Positions 38,125 through 50,299 of a DNA stretch of 64,000 nt are shown here, piece after piece (the stretch's first letter is position 1; the number at the start of each line of letters is the position of its first letter). A model generated the notes under the pieces. That model saw only the letters and a list, made by a program, of their open reading frames with translations, was not told the DNA's origin and did not search any database. The stretch comes from Macrostomum lignano. Taxonomy: Eukaryota. The stretch spans positions 124,001 through 188,000 of the forward strand of contig NIVC01000108.1 in the NCBI GenBank assembly GCA_002269645.1, in the 5' to 3' direction. The translations under genes and the position numbers were made by a program.

Positions 38125-39213
38125 ATGATTCAGGCCAAGCTAAAGAGCTTCCGCGAGCTCAAGGCGGAGAAGGCCAACCGGTTGGAGACCTGGCGGCTGC
38201 AGCTGCGGCTCCGCCTCATGGACAAGGAGAGCGGGCACCGGAGCCACCTCAGCTACTTGGAGCGGAAGAAAATCGTCAGGCAGATGGACTCGGTGCGCAG
38301 CACCACCGGCTACAGTCCTTTGAGCGTGCCGCCGCTGCCCGCCGACCGCGCGCTCAAGGACAGTCAGTACTTCACATCTAGCCAGCGCGTCAGCGAACGC
38401 GCATTGAGAAAATGGCGCGTCCAGGAGGCGCTGCTGGAGAGGGACCTGCGACTCACGGATCTTGAGGTGCGCAAACGAGAAGAGCAGCAGGCGGCGCTGG
38501 TGAGACTGCTTGTCGATCTCGGTGTCATCGAGGAGAGCTCCCAGATTGATAGCCTGCCCAAGGACTCGCCGCGTCAGCAGCAGCAGCAGAGGTCACCGAA
38601 TCAGCCGCCGCAGCAGCTGGCCCATCAACAGAAGCGCCAGCAGGTTCAGCGCCCGCTCACCGCGGCTGCCAGTTCCGGCCCGCTGCCTCCAGTCGCTGAG
38701 GAGAAGCGAACTGCCTCTGCCTCCACCGGGCAGAAGCCGCTTGATCAGCAGCAGTCGGGACCGCCGCAGCGCCGGGGCGTCACCTTCAGCGCCGACTCGA
38801 AGGCGAGTGAGGACTTGCCAGATGGCGCAGCGCCGGCGGCTCCGCTGTCCTCCATGCCACAATGGAAGCGGCAGCTCCGCTACGAGGCGCCACCGGCGCT
38901 GGGGGCGCAGCGCGAGTCGGCCCGCGTCCGCCTGGCCGTGTCGAAATCCGCTCTGCGCCGCGAGCTGCAGCAGATGGTGGACGCGCACGAGAAGGACCCG
39001 GCCAAGATCGCCCAGGCGGAGGCGGCGCGCCGCGAGCAGAGCCGCCTGGCCATGCAGCAGACGGTGAGCCACATGCGCCGGATGAGCATGCTGCCGCCAG
39101 AAGACCACGACCCCAGTCGGAGGAGCTCCGTGTCGGCGCTGCTGCTGCTGGACCGGGACAGCAGCGGCGACGAGAGCGACGGAGCTGACTCGGCCGCTGA
39201 CAAGGAGGCCTGA
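38125..39213 (+). CDS. Uncharacterised single-exon protein, 362 aa (helical/coiled-coil segments, Q-rich disordered middle)
   Basis: Long non-repetitive ORF with GC3-rich codon usage like the other exons; in-frame upstream stop. No family recognised. Confidence 0.75.
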   Translation: MIQAKLKSFRELKAEKANRLETWRLQLRLRLMDKESGHRSHLSYLERKKIVRQMDSVRSTTGYSPLSVPPLPADRALKDSQYFTSSQRVSERALRKWRVQEALLERDLRLTDLEVRKREEQQAALVRLLVDLGVIEESSQIDSLPKDSPRQQQQQRSPNQPPQQLAHQQKRQQVQRPLTAAASSGPLPPVAEEKRTASASTGQKPLDQQQSGPPQRRGVTFSADSKASEDLPDGAAPAAPLSSMPQWKRQLRYEAPPALGAQRESARVRLAVSKSALRRELQQMVDAHEKDPAKIAQAEAARREQSRLAMQQTVSHMRRMSMLPPEDHDPSRRSSVSALLLLDRDSSGDESDGADSAADKEA

Positions 39214-39312
39214 GAAGAGTCGAAATTTGCAGAATGTACACAAAAACAGTCTCGGCCGCTGACAAGGAGGCCTGAGAAGAGTCGCAATTTGCAGAATGTA
39301 CACAAAAACAGT
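39189..39312. repeat. 62-bp tandem duplication spanning the stop codon of the 362-aa ORF
   Basis: 39189-39250 versus 39251-39312 differ by one base (GTCGAAAT / GTCGCAAT). Confidence 0.95.
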
Positions 39313-39821
39313 CTTTGAATTTTTTGCTTTACTTACTATGTTCTACTTTCTCACAACTAAAGTACCATATAGCTGGACCATGCAACATGTAACCTGTACC
39401 TGAAGCGCTGGGCCCCCGGCCCGCTGACAATGCTTCTTCAGTACGTATTTCACTATAAAACAAGGCAGTATGTTTACAATCTTTTGTACATGAACACAAT
39501 TGTCCGCTATCTTTACTTCAATTCGCAACGCGAGACCAGGATAATCAGTCCTGTGCTATGGCAACTTTAAGTTCTTTTCCTGAATAGGAAATTTTCCTGT
39601 AGCACTCGCCTGTTAGAGAAAATTTGTAGTTTTTTTGGACACTAGTACTCATAAATGCCATGAATATACTTTTTAGTATCCTTTTAAAACTAACTACATG
39701 TACAATTTATGCGGTTGGTAACTGCAGAAAAAGTAACCAATGAATATATTTTTTAAAATTTTATAGTTGCTTTTGAGAATACTTGCTATCATGGATAAAT
39801 TTGGATAGACATACCAGCTCG

Positions 39822-40150
39822 CAGGAACGTATCCATGGATTTTATGGTAGGGGGAACAAAGCCAAGAAGTCAACATGTACATGACTAAATTCCTACAATT
39901 CCATTATTTTAAGAATCGTGTTGTCAGCGCTCATTTTGGCGCCGCAGGCACTCATTATTTTAGCGCCGCAGGCACTCATTTTGGCGCCTAAAAAAGGCGC
40001 TATATTTTGGCGCCCTGAAGAAAAATTATTCATTAACACAACGAGTCACAAGGTGGGGTTGGGGGGGACAAAGCATTGGCATATCCCCCCATTGCTTTTA
40101 CTGGGGGGGACATGTCCCCCTTGTCCCCCCCCCGGTTGGCGACGCGCCTG
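39822..40150. mobile_element. hAT-type MITE with perfect 8-bp TSD
   Basis: Termini CAGGAACGT / ACGCGCCTG; CCAGCTCG flanks both ends (39814-39821 and 40151-40158). Confidence 0.85.
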
Positions 40151-41357
40151 CCAGCTCGTATCTATAGTATTTGAACCTTTAGCGAGCGATGGTTAGTTGA
40201 ATGATCGATGTGATTCTACAAGTGCTCGGTGCAGTGAAATTTTTTTTTCATTTCTATTTGCCAATTTATCTGCTTAGCTCGTAGCCTTCAGAAAAATGAC
40301 TCTTTTTGAAAAACGATACAAAACAAGGATGGCTTAATTCGATCTGGTTATGTCGATTATGCATTTTTTGATTATAAAAACTGGCCTTACAAAAATCACA
40401 GAAAATTCGCGTCCCCGTACCTCTATACATTAGTTTCCGAATTTTCGATTTCACCATAAATTTTCAATAAAGAACAATGTTTCTGCAGAACAAAATCATT
40501 TATAAAATTTACAGCAAAACATTTACATTCATAATACGGACTATGACCTTAGGACGAACTGACAGTTATAAGCCAAATTTTATTTGTATTTTCTGTTGCT
40601 GTACATAGTTTCTTTTAAAAAGTTTCCTTGAGATTTTGTTCAATGCAATGCATTCTAAATAATAAGTATTCAATAACTTATTTATAGTCCGTTTGTTTTT
40701 TTACGTTGCACGTGGATGTGCTCCATTTGAGATATCAATGTTCCAAGAAACGAGCCATCACATTCATAGGGGCGATAATTTTACACACCCTCCACTGGCT
40801 GCTGTTTAAGAACCTGTTTCAGTTGTTGTCCAATATAATGCAAAAAGATGAGCAGTCTGATTAGTCATAATTAGTCGCAAACGCGTATTATGTATAGTTT
40901 CATCTAAGTTACATGAATTGAATTGGATAGAATAAAAGATGCTGTGAATTAACCATTAAATTGAATCTTATCATACTAAATCTACCATTCAGGAAAGGAA
41001 TATGATATTAAGGATGTAGTAAGAAAATACGGATTTCAGACCATTATGATATATAGTGTTTTAGTGTTTTAGAATAGTAATATTTAGTTAGTATTTTAGA
41101 TTTTTTTAAACTTTTTATATACATATTTTTAAGCTTCCAATTTTGTTTGTTAATTAAGAACTTTGTTTGATTTATTTTACCTATTATTTCTAAACAAATA
41201 TTATATTACAGTATTTTACTGTTGTCTCAAATGAAAAAACCCAATGTCAAGTTTTCTTATTAGACTTAGGTTCAAGCCTATATGAGACTTCAGATTTTTA
41301 TATTTAAGCAAGGCAGGATTATAGTTCCATTTTTTTGTTTTGAAAATGAGTTGAAAG

Positions 41358-41544
41358 CAGTAGCACAACCTGAAATTTGTTAAGGGGCAGCTTCTGGAGG
41401 GTAAAGACCCAAGAGGGAGAGTAGAGGGGATGGCTCTGTATTTTGATAAAAATTTGCTTGGCCTGTTCCTTTAAATTCCCTCTGTTTTTCTAGTCTCTAC
41501 CTGAGAGGGGCTGCCCCTCTCCCTGCCCCCTGGTTGTGCCATTG
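41358..41544. mobile_element. hAT-type MITE
   Basis: TIR CAGTAGCACAACC / GGTTGTGCCATTG; flanks GTTGAAAG and GTTGAAAA (7/8 TSD match). Confidence 0.7.
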
Positions 41545-42010
41545 GTTGAAAATATACATAAGTTAGAGCCAATTTAAAGCTTGAGAAATGGATATTAAAA
41601 ACCTATAGCATTGGCACAAATAAGAGATGTAGCAGGGTATAGAAAATAGAAAGTATAAAAGTATAGGCTAGAGTCAACACACTTTATACCAAGGCTTATA
41701 GGCTATTACAGACATAAGTTTATGTATACGTGGATAATATGGTAAATTCAGCTTTTTATTGCCTTATACATAGCTTTAGCATATTAATTTTATATTGGCA
41801 CTTGATACAATGTGTGTTAACTGAGCAAAAGCCAATATAGCCATAAAGCCTATATTGTAGAGTATCTAGCAATTATTAAATTACTAATTGACTCATGCCC
41901 CATTGTGCTTAGAAATTTTAATTAATTAGGGTGAATTTCGTTTATGCCTATTATTATTTGGGGATCACTATGGAAAATTCATTTTCTATTCTACAGCGAT
42001 TTCTGTCCTG

Positions 42011-45000
42011 ATGCACCTGTGCAGTGCTGGGCCCAGTGCTTTGCGCCAGTTGTTGCTGTTAGCACTGCTTTCTATAGCGGTTTCTGCTGCACCTGACAAA
42101 TGCAGCGTCTGCAACCGCCTGACAGAGGCTTTTGAGCAAGGCCTGCAGCGCACCGCCAAGGACAACTTTGGCGGGGGCAACACGCACTGGGAGGAGAGCC
42201 GCCTTGGCAGCTGGGCCAGCAGCGAAACTCGCCTTGTGGACATACAGGTAAAGCATTTGCATCCCAATTGCAGTTTTAATCCTCTACAAATAAATCTAAT
42301 TGTTGTTTCACCAGCTCATCCAAATCCAGACACCCGAATCTCGAATTTGAGTATCCCGAATTCCAGAGTTCTGAATCCCAGAATCCAAGAATCCCGAATC
42401 CCAATAACCTAGAATCCTGAATCCGAGAATCCCAAATCCCAGAATCTCGAATACTGAATCCGAGAATCCCAAATCCCAGAATCTCAAATCCTGAATCCGA
42501 GAATCCCGAATCCCAGAATCCCGAATCCCAGAATCCCGAATCCCAGAATCCCGAATCCCGAATCCCCGAATCCCGAATCCCAGAATCTCGAATCCTGAAT
42601 CCCAAAATCCAGAATCCCATCCCAGAATCTCGAATCCCATAATCCCAGAATCCCGGATCCCAGAATCTCGAATCCCCGAATCCCGAATCCCAGAATCCCG
42701 AATCCCACCATCTCGAATCCCGAATCTCGAATCCCAGAATCCCGGATCCCAAAATTCCGGATCCCAGAATCCTGGATCCCAAAATTCCGGATCCCAGAAT
42801 CCTGGATCCCAGAATCTCGAATCCCAGAATCCCCAATCCCGAATCCCAGAATCCGCGAATCCCAGAATCCCAAATCCCGAATCTACGAATCCCAGTTTCG
42901 GACGCCCCATCAGGCAGCAACTGAGATGGCCATATAAAACCCTCCGCTGCCTGGCAGGAGCGCCTGTGCTCAGACGAAGGCAAGGAGGAGGCGGTGGCCT
43001 GTCACGCCCTGCTCGAGCAGTTCGAGGAGCCTCTCGAAGGCTGGTGGTTTGGCGACTTCCGCCGAGATCCGGGCAAATCCGCCGCCAAGGCTGCCGCCGC
43101 CCTGCGCGAACTGCTGTGCGTGCGGACCGGCGGCCTCTGCTGCCAGCACGGCGCCTTCGGGCCACAGTGCGCCGCCTGCCCCGTCTGCGGCCTGCGCGGC
43201 CACTGCGACGGCAATGGGACCCGCGCAGGCAGCGGCCGCTGCACCTGCGACTCCGGCTACCGGGGTGAGCTGTGCGACCAATGCGAGACCGGCCGCTACC
43301 TGGCCACCGCCGAGCCGCTCCTCTGTCTCGCCTGCCACCCCGCCTGCGGCTCCGCCGGCTGCGTTGACGGCCCCAGCGAGTCCAACTGTCGCGACTGCGC
43401 CACCGGCTACCAGCCGGCCGAGGCCTCCGGCGCTGCCGACGGCAGAGTCTCCTGCATCGACGTGGACGAGTGCGCGGCCACGCCCGGGCCCTGCGCCGGG
43501 CCGAACGAAACCTGCGTGAACTCGCCCGGCAGCTTCGCCTGCGACTGTCTGCCCGGCTTCCAGAGACCCGCGGCTGGCGGCGACTGCCAGCCCGCGGAGA
43601 CCGCGGCTGGAACTGACGGCGATTCCGCGGAAACTGGTGGCGATTCCGCGGAAACTGGTGACGATTCCGCGGAAAGTAGCGGAGAATCCGCGGAAACTGG
43701 CGGAGAATCCGCGGAAACTGGCGGAGAATCCGCGGAAACTGGCGGAGAATCCGCGGAAACTGCTACTCCAGCTATGGATAAGGGTACGTTAGTGTTAGTT
43801 GTTACTGCAGTCTTATATAACTGCAGCTAGTTACCACCGCTGCCCCCTCCTCAGTCCTTCAGTGAGCCACCACTGCCTCACCCTCAGTCCCTCAGTGAGC
43901 CACTGCCTCACCCTCAGTCCCTCAGTGAGCCACTGCCTCACCCTCAGTCCCTCAGTGAGCCACTGCCTCACCCTCAGTCCCTCAGTGAGCCACCACTGCC
44001 TCACCCCCAGTCCCTCAGTGAGCCACCGCTGCCCCCCGTCCTCAGTCCCTCAGTGAGCCACTGCCTCACCCTCAGTCCCTCAGTGAGCCACTGCCTCACC
44101 CTCAGTCCCTCAGTGAGCCACTGCCTCACCCTCAGTCCCTCAGTGAGCCACTGCCTCACCCCCAGTCCCTCAGTGTGAGCCATCGCTGCCCCCTCCTCAG
44201 TCCCTCAGTGAGCCACCGCTGTCCCCCCTCAGTCCCTCAGTGAGCCACCGCTGTCCCCCCTCAGTCCCTCAGTGAGCCACCGCTGCCCCCCTCAGTCCCT
44301 CAGTGAGCCACCGCTGTCCCCCCTCAGTCCCTCAGTGAGCCACCGCTGCCCCCCTCAGTCCCTCAGTGAGCCACCGCTGCCCCCCCTCAGTCCCTCAGTG
44401 AGCCACCGCTGCCCCCCCTCAGTCCCTCAGTGAGCCACCGCTGCCCCCCTCAGTCCCTCAGTGAGCCACCGCTGCCCCCCTCAGTCCCTCAGTGAGCCAC
44501 CGCTGCCCCCTCAGTCCCTCAGTGAGCCACCGCTGCCCCCCCCCTCAGTCCCTCAGTGAGCCACCGCTGCCCCCCCTCAGTCCCTCAGTGAGCCACCGCT
44601 GCCCCCCCTCAGTCCCTCAGTGAGCCACCGCTGCCCCCTCAGTCCCTCAGTGAGCCACCGCTGCCCCCCCCCCTCAGTCCATCAGTGAGCCACCGCTGCC
44701 CCCCCTCAGTCCCTCAGTGAGCCACCGCTGTCCCCCCTCAGTCCCTCAGTGAGCCACCGCTGTCCCCCCTCAGTCCCTCAGTGAGCCACCGCTGCCCCCC
44801 TCAGTCCCTCAGTGAGCCACCGCTGTCCCCCCTCAGTCCCTCAGTGAGCCACCGCTGCCCCCCTCAGTCCCTCAGTGAGCCACCGCTGCCCCCCTCAGTC
44901 CCTCAGTGAGCCACCGCTGCCCCCCTCAGTCCCTCAGTGAGCCACCGCTGCCCCCCTCAGTCCCTCAGTGCGCCACCGCTGCCCCCCCTCAGTCCCTCAG

Positions 45001-45160
45001 TGAGCCACCGCTGCCCCCTCAGTCCCTCAGTGAGCCACCGCTGCCCCCCCCTCAGTCCATCAGTGAGCCACCGCTGCCCCCCCCCCCCAGTCTCTGAGTG
45101 TGGACCGCAGCCTCTGAGACATCCAGCCGTCCTTCATCAATAATTTCAGAGGAGCTGTGA
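42011..45160 (+). CDS. CRELD2: CRELD2-like cysteine-rich EGF protein, ~370 aa; join(42011..42247,42958..43783,45111..45160)
   Basis: Signal peptide; CSVC (CXXC); DNFGGGNTHWEE..SETRLVDI; CHALLEQ.EE.LEGWWF; EGF with GNGTR.GSGRC; furin-like repeat; cbEGF CIDVDEC. No TM segment. Modelled last exon ends ..IISEEL*. Phases 0 and 1 fit. An alternative acceptor at 45091 would give a different tail. Confidence 0.88.
42320..42900. repeat. Intronic degenerate 7/8-bp repeat (GAATCCC / GAATCCCA)
   Basis: Fills most of CRELD intron 1. Confidence 0.92.
43610..43762 (+). repeat. Coding 21-bp repeat encoding (G-G/D-E/D-S-A-E-T)n in the CRELD tail
   Basis: GGCGGAGAATCCGCGGAAACT and variants, about 7 copies, in frame. 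Confidence 0.9.
43812..45090. repeat. Intronic minisatellite, ~29-33-bp unit C(n)TCAGTCCCTCAGTGAGCCACCGCTG
   Basis: Fills CRELD intron 2; variable C-run. Confidence 0.97.
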
Positions 45161-45729
45161 TCGCCAAGGCCGCCCGCCCACCGAGACTCCCCAAGTTAAT
45201 TGTGCCAATTCATTGAGTTCGTCTTGTGGACGTTCCTTTTTATCAGCAATTTCGCGAATAGAATATTAAAAATTAAAGTAAATGCTCTGCGCTTTCCTCA
45301 CGTCGTGGCTGATTTTCAATTGCTCTCTGTTTCTGCCTCAGTTTGCTCCTCTCTGCTTTTATTTGCGCCCGTCTGCCTTCGATCGGGCAGCTTTTGTTGC
45401 CGCAATGAGCCGTGCAGTAATCCTGTTAACTGTTAGTCAGTTGTCCTGCTATGCCCAACCCAAGGTTAAATGTTCTCTTGCTTTGAAGTGACATTGTCTT
45501 GATTCTGAGTGTGTCAAATATAATTATATAACTTACAACTGCCTTGATGTGACCAGTTGCTTCTTACAACTGGGGGATCAGCAAATCTAAACTTTTGTGC
45601 CAGTTTTTGCATTTCCTGCGTTTATTATTTGTTAACCGCGGAGTTCAACTCGCTTGAGTGGCTTCAGAGTGAACTCTCGGTCGATTAGAACCATGAAGGA
45701 CAACTCAAGTATTGTCTTAAGCAGTTCTT

Positions 45730-46782
45730 GATTAGAAGCCGCTCGGTTATTGGGTGACATCACTCCGGACTAGAAGCCGCTCGGTTATTGAGTGACATCA
45801 CTCCGGATTAGAAGCCGCTCGGTTATTGAGTGACATCACTCCGGATTAGAAGCCACTCGGTTATTGAGTGACATCACTCCGGACTAGAAGCCGCTCGGTT
45901 ATTGAGTGACATCACTCCGGACTAGAAGCCGCTCGGTTATTGAGTGACATCACTCCGGACTAGAAGCCGCTCGGTTATTGAGTGACATCACTCCGGACTA
46001 GAAGCCGCTCGGTTATTGAGTGACATCACTCCGGATTAGAAGCCGCTCGGTTATTGAGTGACATCACTCCGGACTAGAAGCCGCTCGGTTATTGAGTGAC
46101 ATCACTCCGGACTAGAAGCCGCTCGGTTATTGAGTGACATCACTCCGGACTAGAAGCCGCTCGGTTATTGAGTGACATCACTCCGGACTAGAAGCCGCTC
46201 GGTTATTGAGTGACATCACTCCGGACTAGAAGCCGCTCGGTTATTGAGTGACATCACTCCGGACTAGAAGCCGCTCGGTTATTGAGTGACATCACTCCGG
46301 ATTAGAAGCCGCTCATCTGGGTTAAGGAGTGACCCCACTCCGGACTAGAAGCCGCTCATCTGGGTTAAGGAGTGACCCCACTCCGGACTAGAAGCCGCTC
46401 ATCTGGGTTAAGGAGTGACCCCACTCCGGACTAGAAGCCGCTCATCTGGGTTAAGGAGTGACCCCACTCCGGACTAGAAGCCGCTCATCTGGGTTAAGGA
46501 GTGACATCACTTCGGACTAGAAGCCGCTCATCTGGGTTAAGGAGTGACCCCACTCCGGACTAGAAGCCGCTCATCTGGGTTAAGGAGTGACATCACTTCG
46601 GACTAGAAGCCGCTCATCTGGGTTAAGGAGTGACCCCACTCCGGACTAGAAGCCGCTCATCTGGGTTAAGGAGTGACATCACTTCGGACTAGAAGCCGCT
46701 CATCTGGGTTAAGGAGTGACCCCACTCCGGACTAGAAGCCGCTCATCTGGGTTAAGGAGTGACATCACTCCGGACTAGAAGC
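45730..46782. repeat. Compound minisatellite: 38-bp unit block followed by related 43-bp unit block
   Basis: TAGAAGCCGCTCGGTTATTGAGTGACATCACTCCGGAC, then from ~46303 TAGAAGCCGCTCATCTGGGTTAAGGAGTGACCCCACTCCGGAC. Confidence 0.97.
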
Positions 46783-47339
46783 CACTTGACCTGTATCAGT
46801 CTGACATCACTCCAGGTGAGTAAAAATAACTGAACCAGTGAAATGAGCACACAGTTTTCCTTCAGAGTCATTGGGTGAGACAGAACGCGTCTGACCCGGC
46901 CCCTCATACGAGCGTACAGATTGGAATTCAATAATTGTATTTTCAGAGTTGATGCAGCCACTTTAACATTATCCGTAGAGCAGAGATGCTGAGGATTAAA
47001 GAAACAGTAACACAGTAACAAAGTATAAACAAATTATCGTACAATACAATAGCTGGTGTACAAAGTACAGCATCAGATGCATCCGTGAATAAGAATTAAT
47101 TTCAACACAAAGGCAAGGGTCTTCAGTTCTCAAATATACTCAATTTTTTGCGGCATAAGGTAAAGTTGGCGCACTTTCGAACTTTCAAAAAAAATAAAAA
47201 AAACAAAAGCAGAGATACTGCAATTTAAAATATTCACAGCAAAGATAAAGCAATGAACACACCTACGGGGTTTTAAAACCACACGCTGTGCAATGAAAAT
47301 ATTTTAATATTTTAGGACGTAATGATTCAGCCTGCATCT

Positions 47340-47810
47340 CAACTACCTGTCTGCCTACCACTGCACCTCAGCTACCTGTCTGCCCATCACTGCACCTCTG
47401 CTACCTGTCTGTGTTCATCACCGCACCTCAGCCACCTGTCTGTGTTCATCACCGCACATCAGCCACCTGTCTGCCCACCACCGCACCTCTGCCACCTGTC
47501 TGTGTTCATCACCGCACATCAGCCACCTGTCTGCCCACCACCGCACCTCTGCCACCTGTCTGTGTTCACCACCGCACATCAGCCACCTGTCTGTGTTCAT
47601 CACCGCACATCAGCCACCTGTCTGTGTTCATCACCGCACATCAGCCACCTGTCTGTGTTCATCACCGCACATCAGCCACCTGTCTGTGTTCATCACCGCA
47701 CATCAGCTACCTGTCTGCCTATCACTGCACCTCTGCTACCTGTCTGCCCATCACTGCACCTCTGCTACCTGTCTGCCCATCACTGCACGTCTGCTACCTG
47801 TCTGCCCAAT
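47340..47810. repeat. Minisatellite, ~31-bp unit CAGCCACCTGTCTGTGTTCATCACCGCACAT
   Basis: Direct reading; degenerate ends. Confidence 0.92.
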
Positions 47811-47936
47811 TGCTAGACCATTCTGCCGCTATATTTTATCAGGCAATATAAGCTTAGATTTGAAAAAAAGTCAATCAGATTTGAACCAGCACAGCTTATG
47901 ATCAGTCTGAAAGTTAATAACGAAATCCCCAGTCAG

Positions 47937-49388
47937 TTACAGCAGTTGCTCAGCCTGGATGCTCCGCAGCGCCCGCTGAATGAGCTGCCTGAAGCCGCGT
48001 TCGTGCGCCAGGCTCATCATGAGCGACTCCATCGGCTTCTCAGACATCTTGGCGAGCATCACCGCGGTGCCGTGTTCGCCCGAGAATGCGTTGAGGAACG
48101 CGGTCTCCTTGCCGGTGTCGGCGAGGCCGCTAAGCAGGCGGTGCAGCTCAGCGTCGGAGAGGCCGAGAGGCTGCTGCGAATCCGCGGCCTCCGGCAAAGA
48201 CGAGGCAGCCGGGGCGGCGGCGGCCGACGGCACCGTCGTCTGGCGCTGCAGGTCGCCCGCCGGCGCGGTGCACATGCCGCTGTCTATGGTGCCCACCGCG
48301 CTGCCAGCCGACTTCAGCCAAGTCTCTTCCGCTGCTGCCGCCTCATTTCCGCCTGCGGCCTCCGAGATGCCCGGCTGCAGCTGCTGCTCGAACAGCTCCT
48401 TGAGCTCCGGTCGGTCGGCGGCGAGCTCCTCGGCCGTGACGCCGTCGCTGTCCTCCTCCAGCGGGTCGGCACCGCTGTCCAGCAGGAACCTGACCGCCCG
48501 AGCGGCCCCGGCACTCACAGCTGACATCAGCGGTGTCCACCGCTTGCCGCGGTGCTGCCTCTCGTCCAGGTTTACGCTGATGCCGGCATCTCTGGCGAAC
48601 TGCAGCAGCGGGCTCAGCATGTCCTCCCTGTCCCGAGCTGCCATCATGTGAAGCACCGTGTCACCCGCCCGGTCATTCATGTGGATGGCGGCAGACACCT
48701 GTCCCGCTGCGAGCCGGCCCTCCTCGATCAGCCTCTTTGTAACCCGCAGACCGGAGACGAGCACCTCCGTGGACTCCTCCAGCGCGCAGTGGTGCAGGAA
48801 GTTCCTACCGTCGTTGTCGTACAGTCGGTGAAGCTGGGTCGGCTCCCGGATCAGCAGGCGCTCCATCAGGCTGTCGGCTGAGCTGCCGCTCTGCGTGCTG
48901 AGCATGAGCAGACTTTCTCGATGGCGAGTCCGATCGTCAAGGGCGTCGGGGTTTCGCTTGACCGCAATGTCCACCAGCTTCTCGGCCCGCTCGCCCTGCT
49001 GCCTCGCCAGCGCGGACGCCATCGGGTTGTCGCCATCGCTGTTGTGGACTCTCAGCATCTCGGAGCTGTCCTCGAACGCCTTCAGGAGGATGTCCTCACA
49101 GTTGTCGCCCTCGCTGTACTGGTGCATCGCTGTAGCCAGGATTCTGGGGTACTCGAGCAGCAGGCGGCGCTGCATGTCCTGCGGCAGGGAGCGAAACCTC
49201 AGCGATTCCGGAGTCTCAGGAGCTGGACCATCAGCTCCCAGACTTAACTGCTGCATTTGGTCTTCCACACTGATGTCGCTGGCTCTTGCAGGTTTTTTGC
49301 TTTTCTCTTCTAATTTTTTATCCATGAGCAAGTCTGCTTTTTTATTGGCTAGGTCTATTCTGCAATGCAAAACATCATTTTCATACAT
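47937..49388 (-). CDS. Ankyrin-repeat protein copy A (N1-core-C1), up to 483 aa, DSGMCT degron-like motif, death-fold-like tail
   Basis: Ankyrin motifs SDGDNPMASALA, NDGRNFLHHCA, DRAGDTVLHMMAA, RWTPLMSAV..AVRFLLDSGADP and SDGVTAEELA. The AT-rich N-terminus makes the true start uncertain. Confidence 0.85.
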   Translation of the reverse strand: MYENDVLHCRIDLANKKADLLMDKKLEEKSKKPARASDISVEDQMQQLSLGADGPAPETPESLRFRSLPQDMQRRLLLEYPRILATAMHQYSEGDNCEDILLKAFEDSSEMLRVHNSDGDNPMASALARQQGERAEKLVDIAVKRNPDALDDRTRHRESLLMLSTQSGSSADSLMERLLIREPTQLHRLYDNDGRNFLHHCALEESTEVLVSGLRVTKRLIEEGRLAAGQVSAAIHMNDRAGDTVLHMMAARDREDMLSPLLQFARDAGISVNLDERQHRGKRWTPLMSAVSAGAARAVRFLLDSGADPLEEDSDGVTAEELAADRPELKELFEQQLQPGISEAAGGNEAAAAEETWLKSAGSAVGTIDSGMCTAPAGDLQRQTTVPSAAAAPAASSLPEAADSQQPLGLSDAELHRLLSGLADTGKETAFLNAFSGEHGTAVMLAKMSEKPMESLMMSLAHERGFRQLIQRALRSIQAEQLL

Positions 49389-50299
49389 TTTACATACATT
49401 TCTTTTAATTTTAACAGTCTATACCATATGCACTGATACTATACAAAGTATAGATATATAAGTTTATGATAAGGAACTACAATTTTAGTTTATTAGATAT
49501 TTTTTAAACAAAAAATTGTATGAATTAGACATAAACAGATATTTTTTAACTTATTTTTTGCTTTAACTAAATAATGGATTATTATAAACTATTCAATTGT
49601 GATACAAAATATTTTGAATAACAAACAAGGTATTCATCACAGGTATGGATCCAGAAAATTTTAAATGGGAGGATGCAGATTACTAAGGTATATGTAATAT
49701 ACACTCAGCAACATCAAAAAGTCGCCATCACAGAAGATTCCTTTTTGAGAGGGCAGCAGGTAAAGTCTCTCAATCTTTGCGAGTGACGCAACTTAGCTAC
49801 ACCGTGGCAGACTTGAGTTGAGGAACAAAGTGGGGGGAGTGGTGTGCAAGGGTTGGATGGATCATAGCTACCCCAATCAGTTTTCTTGTATATTTTATTT
49901 CAGAATAGTCCAAGAGAAATTGCTCACTGGCGCATAGAGTGGCAACTTTTCAACATTGCTGAGTATATATATATATATCATATATATGCATATCATATTA
50001 CATATATGAGACAGGCATTAATAATAGCTCTAATACTTTTAAATTTTACTCGTTTTATGTTTGCCTTTCTTAGAAAAACCTTTATTCAAATCTGCGCAAA
50101 ATATTTGTTTGAATGTTGTGGTTTGCAAAAATATTTCTGCAATTATTATTTTGTTTAAACTATAATGCATTGTGGGTATAAATAGACATGCTGAGCAGAC
50201 TTGAGGAAGCAACCATTTGCTGCCTCTTGGTTTTTCGATAAGCAAATTTAGTTTGTTCTAAATATTGAAATCGCTTAAAGACTTAATCATTTCTTAGAG

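Noticed and set aside
41800-42010. ERSE upstream of the CRELD2-like gene
   Set aside because: CCAAT is present near 41831 but without the CCACG half-site at the required spacing.
45730-46782. CRISPR-like appearance (palindromic ~38-bp repeats)
   Set aside because: No unique spacers, no cas genes, and eukaryotic intron-containing context; a plain tandem repeat.
49640-49870. Possible MITE starting CAGGTATGGATCCAG
   Set aside because: No matching right terminus or TSD found.
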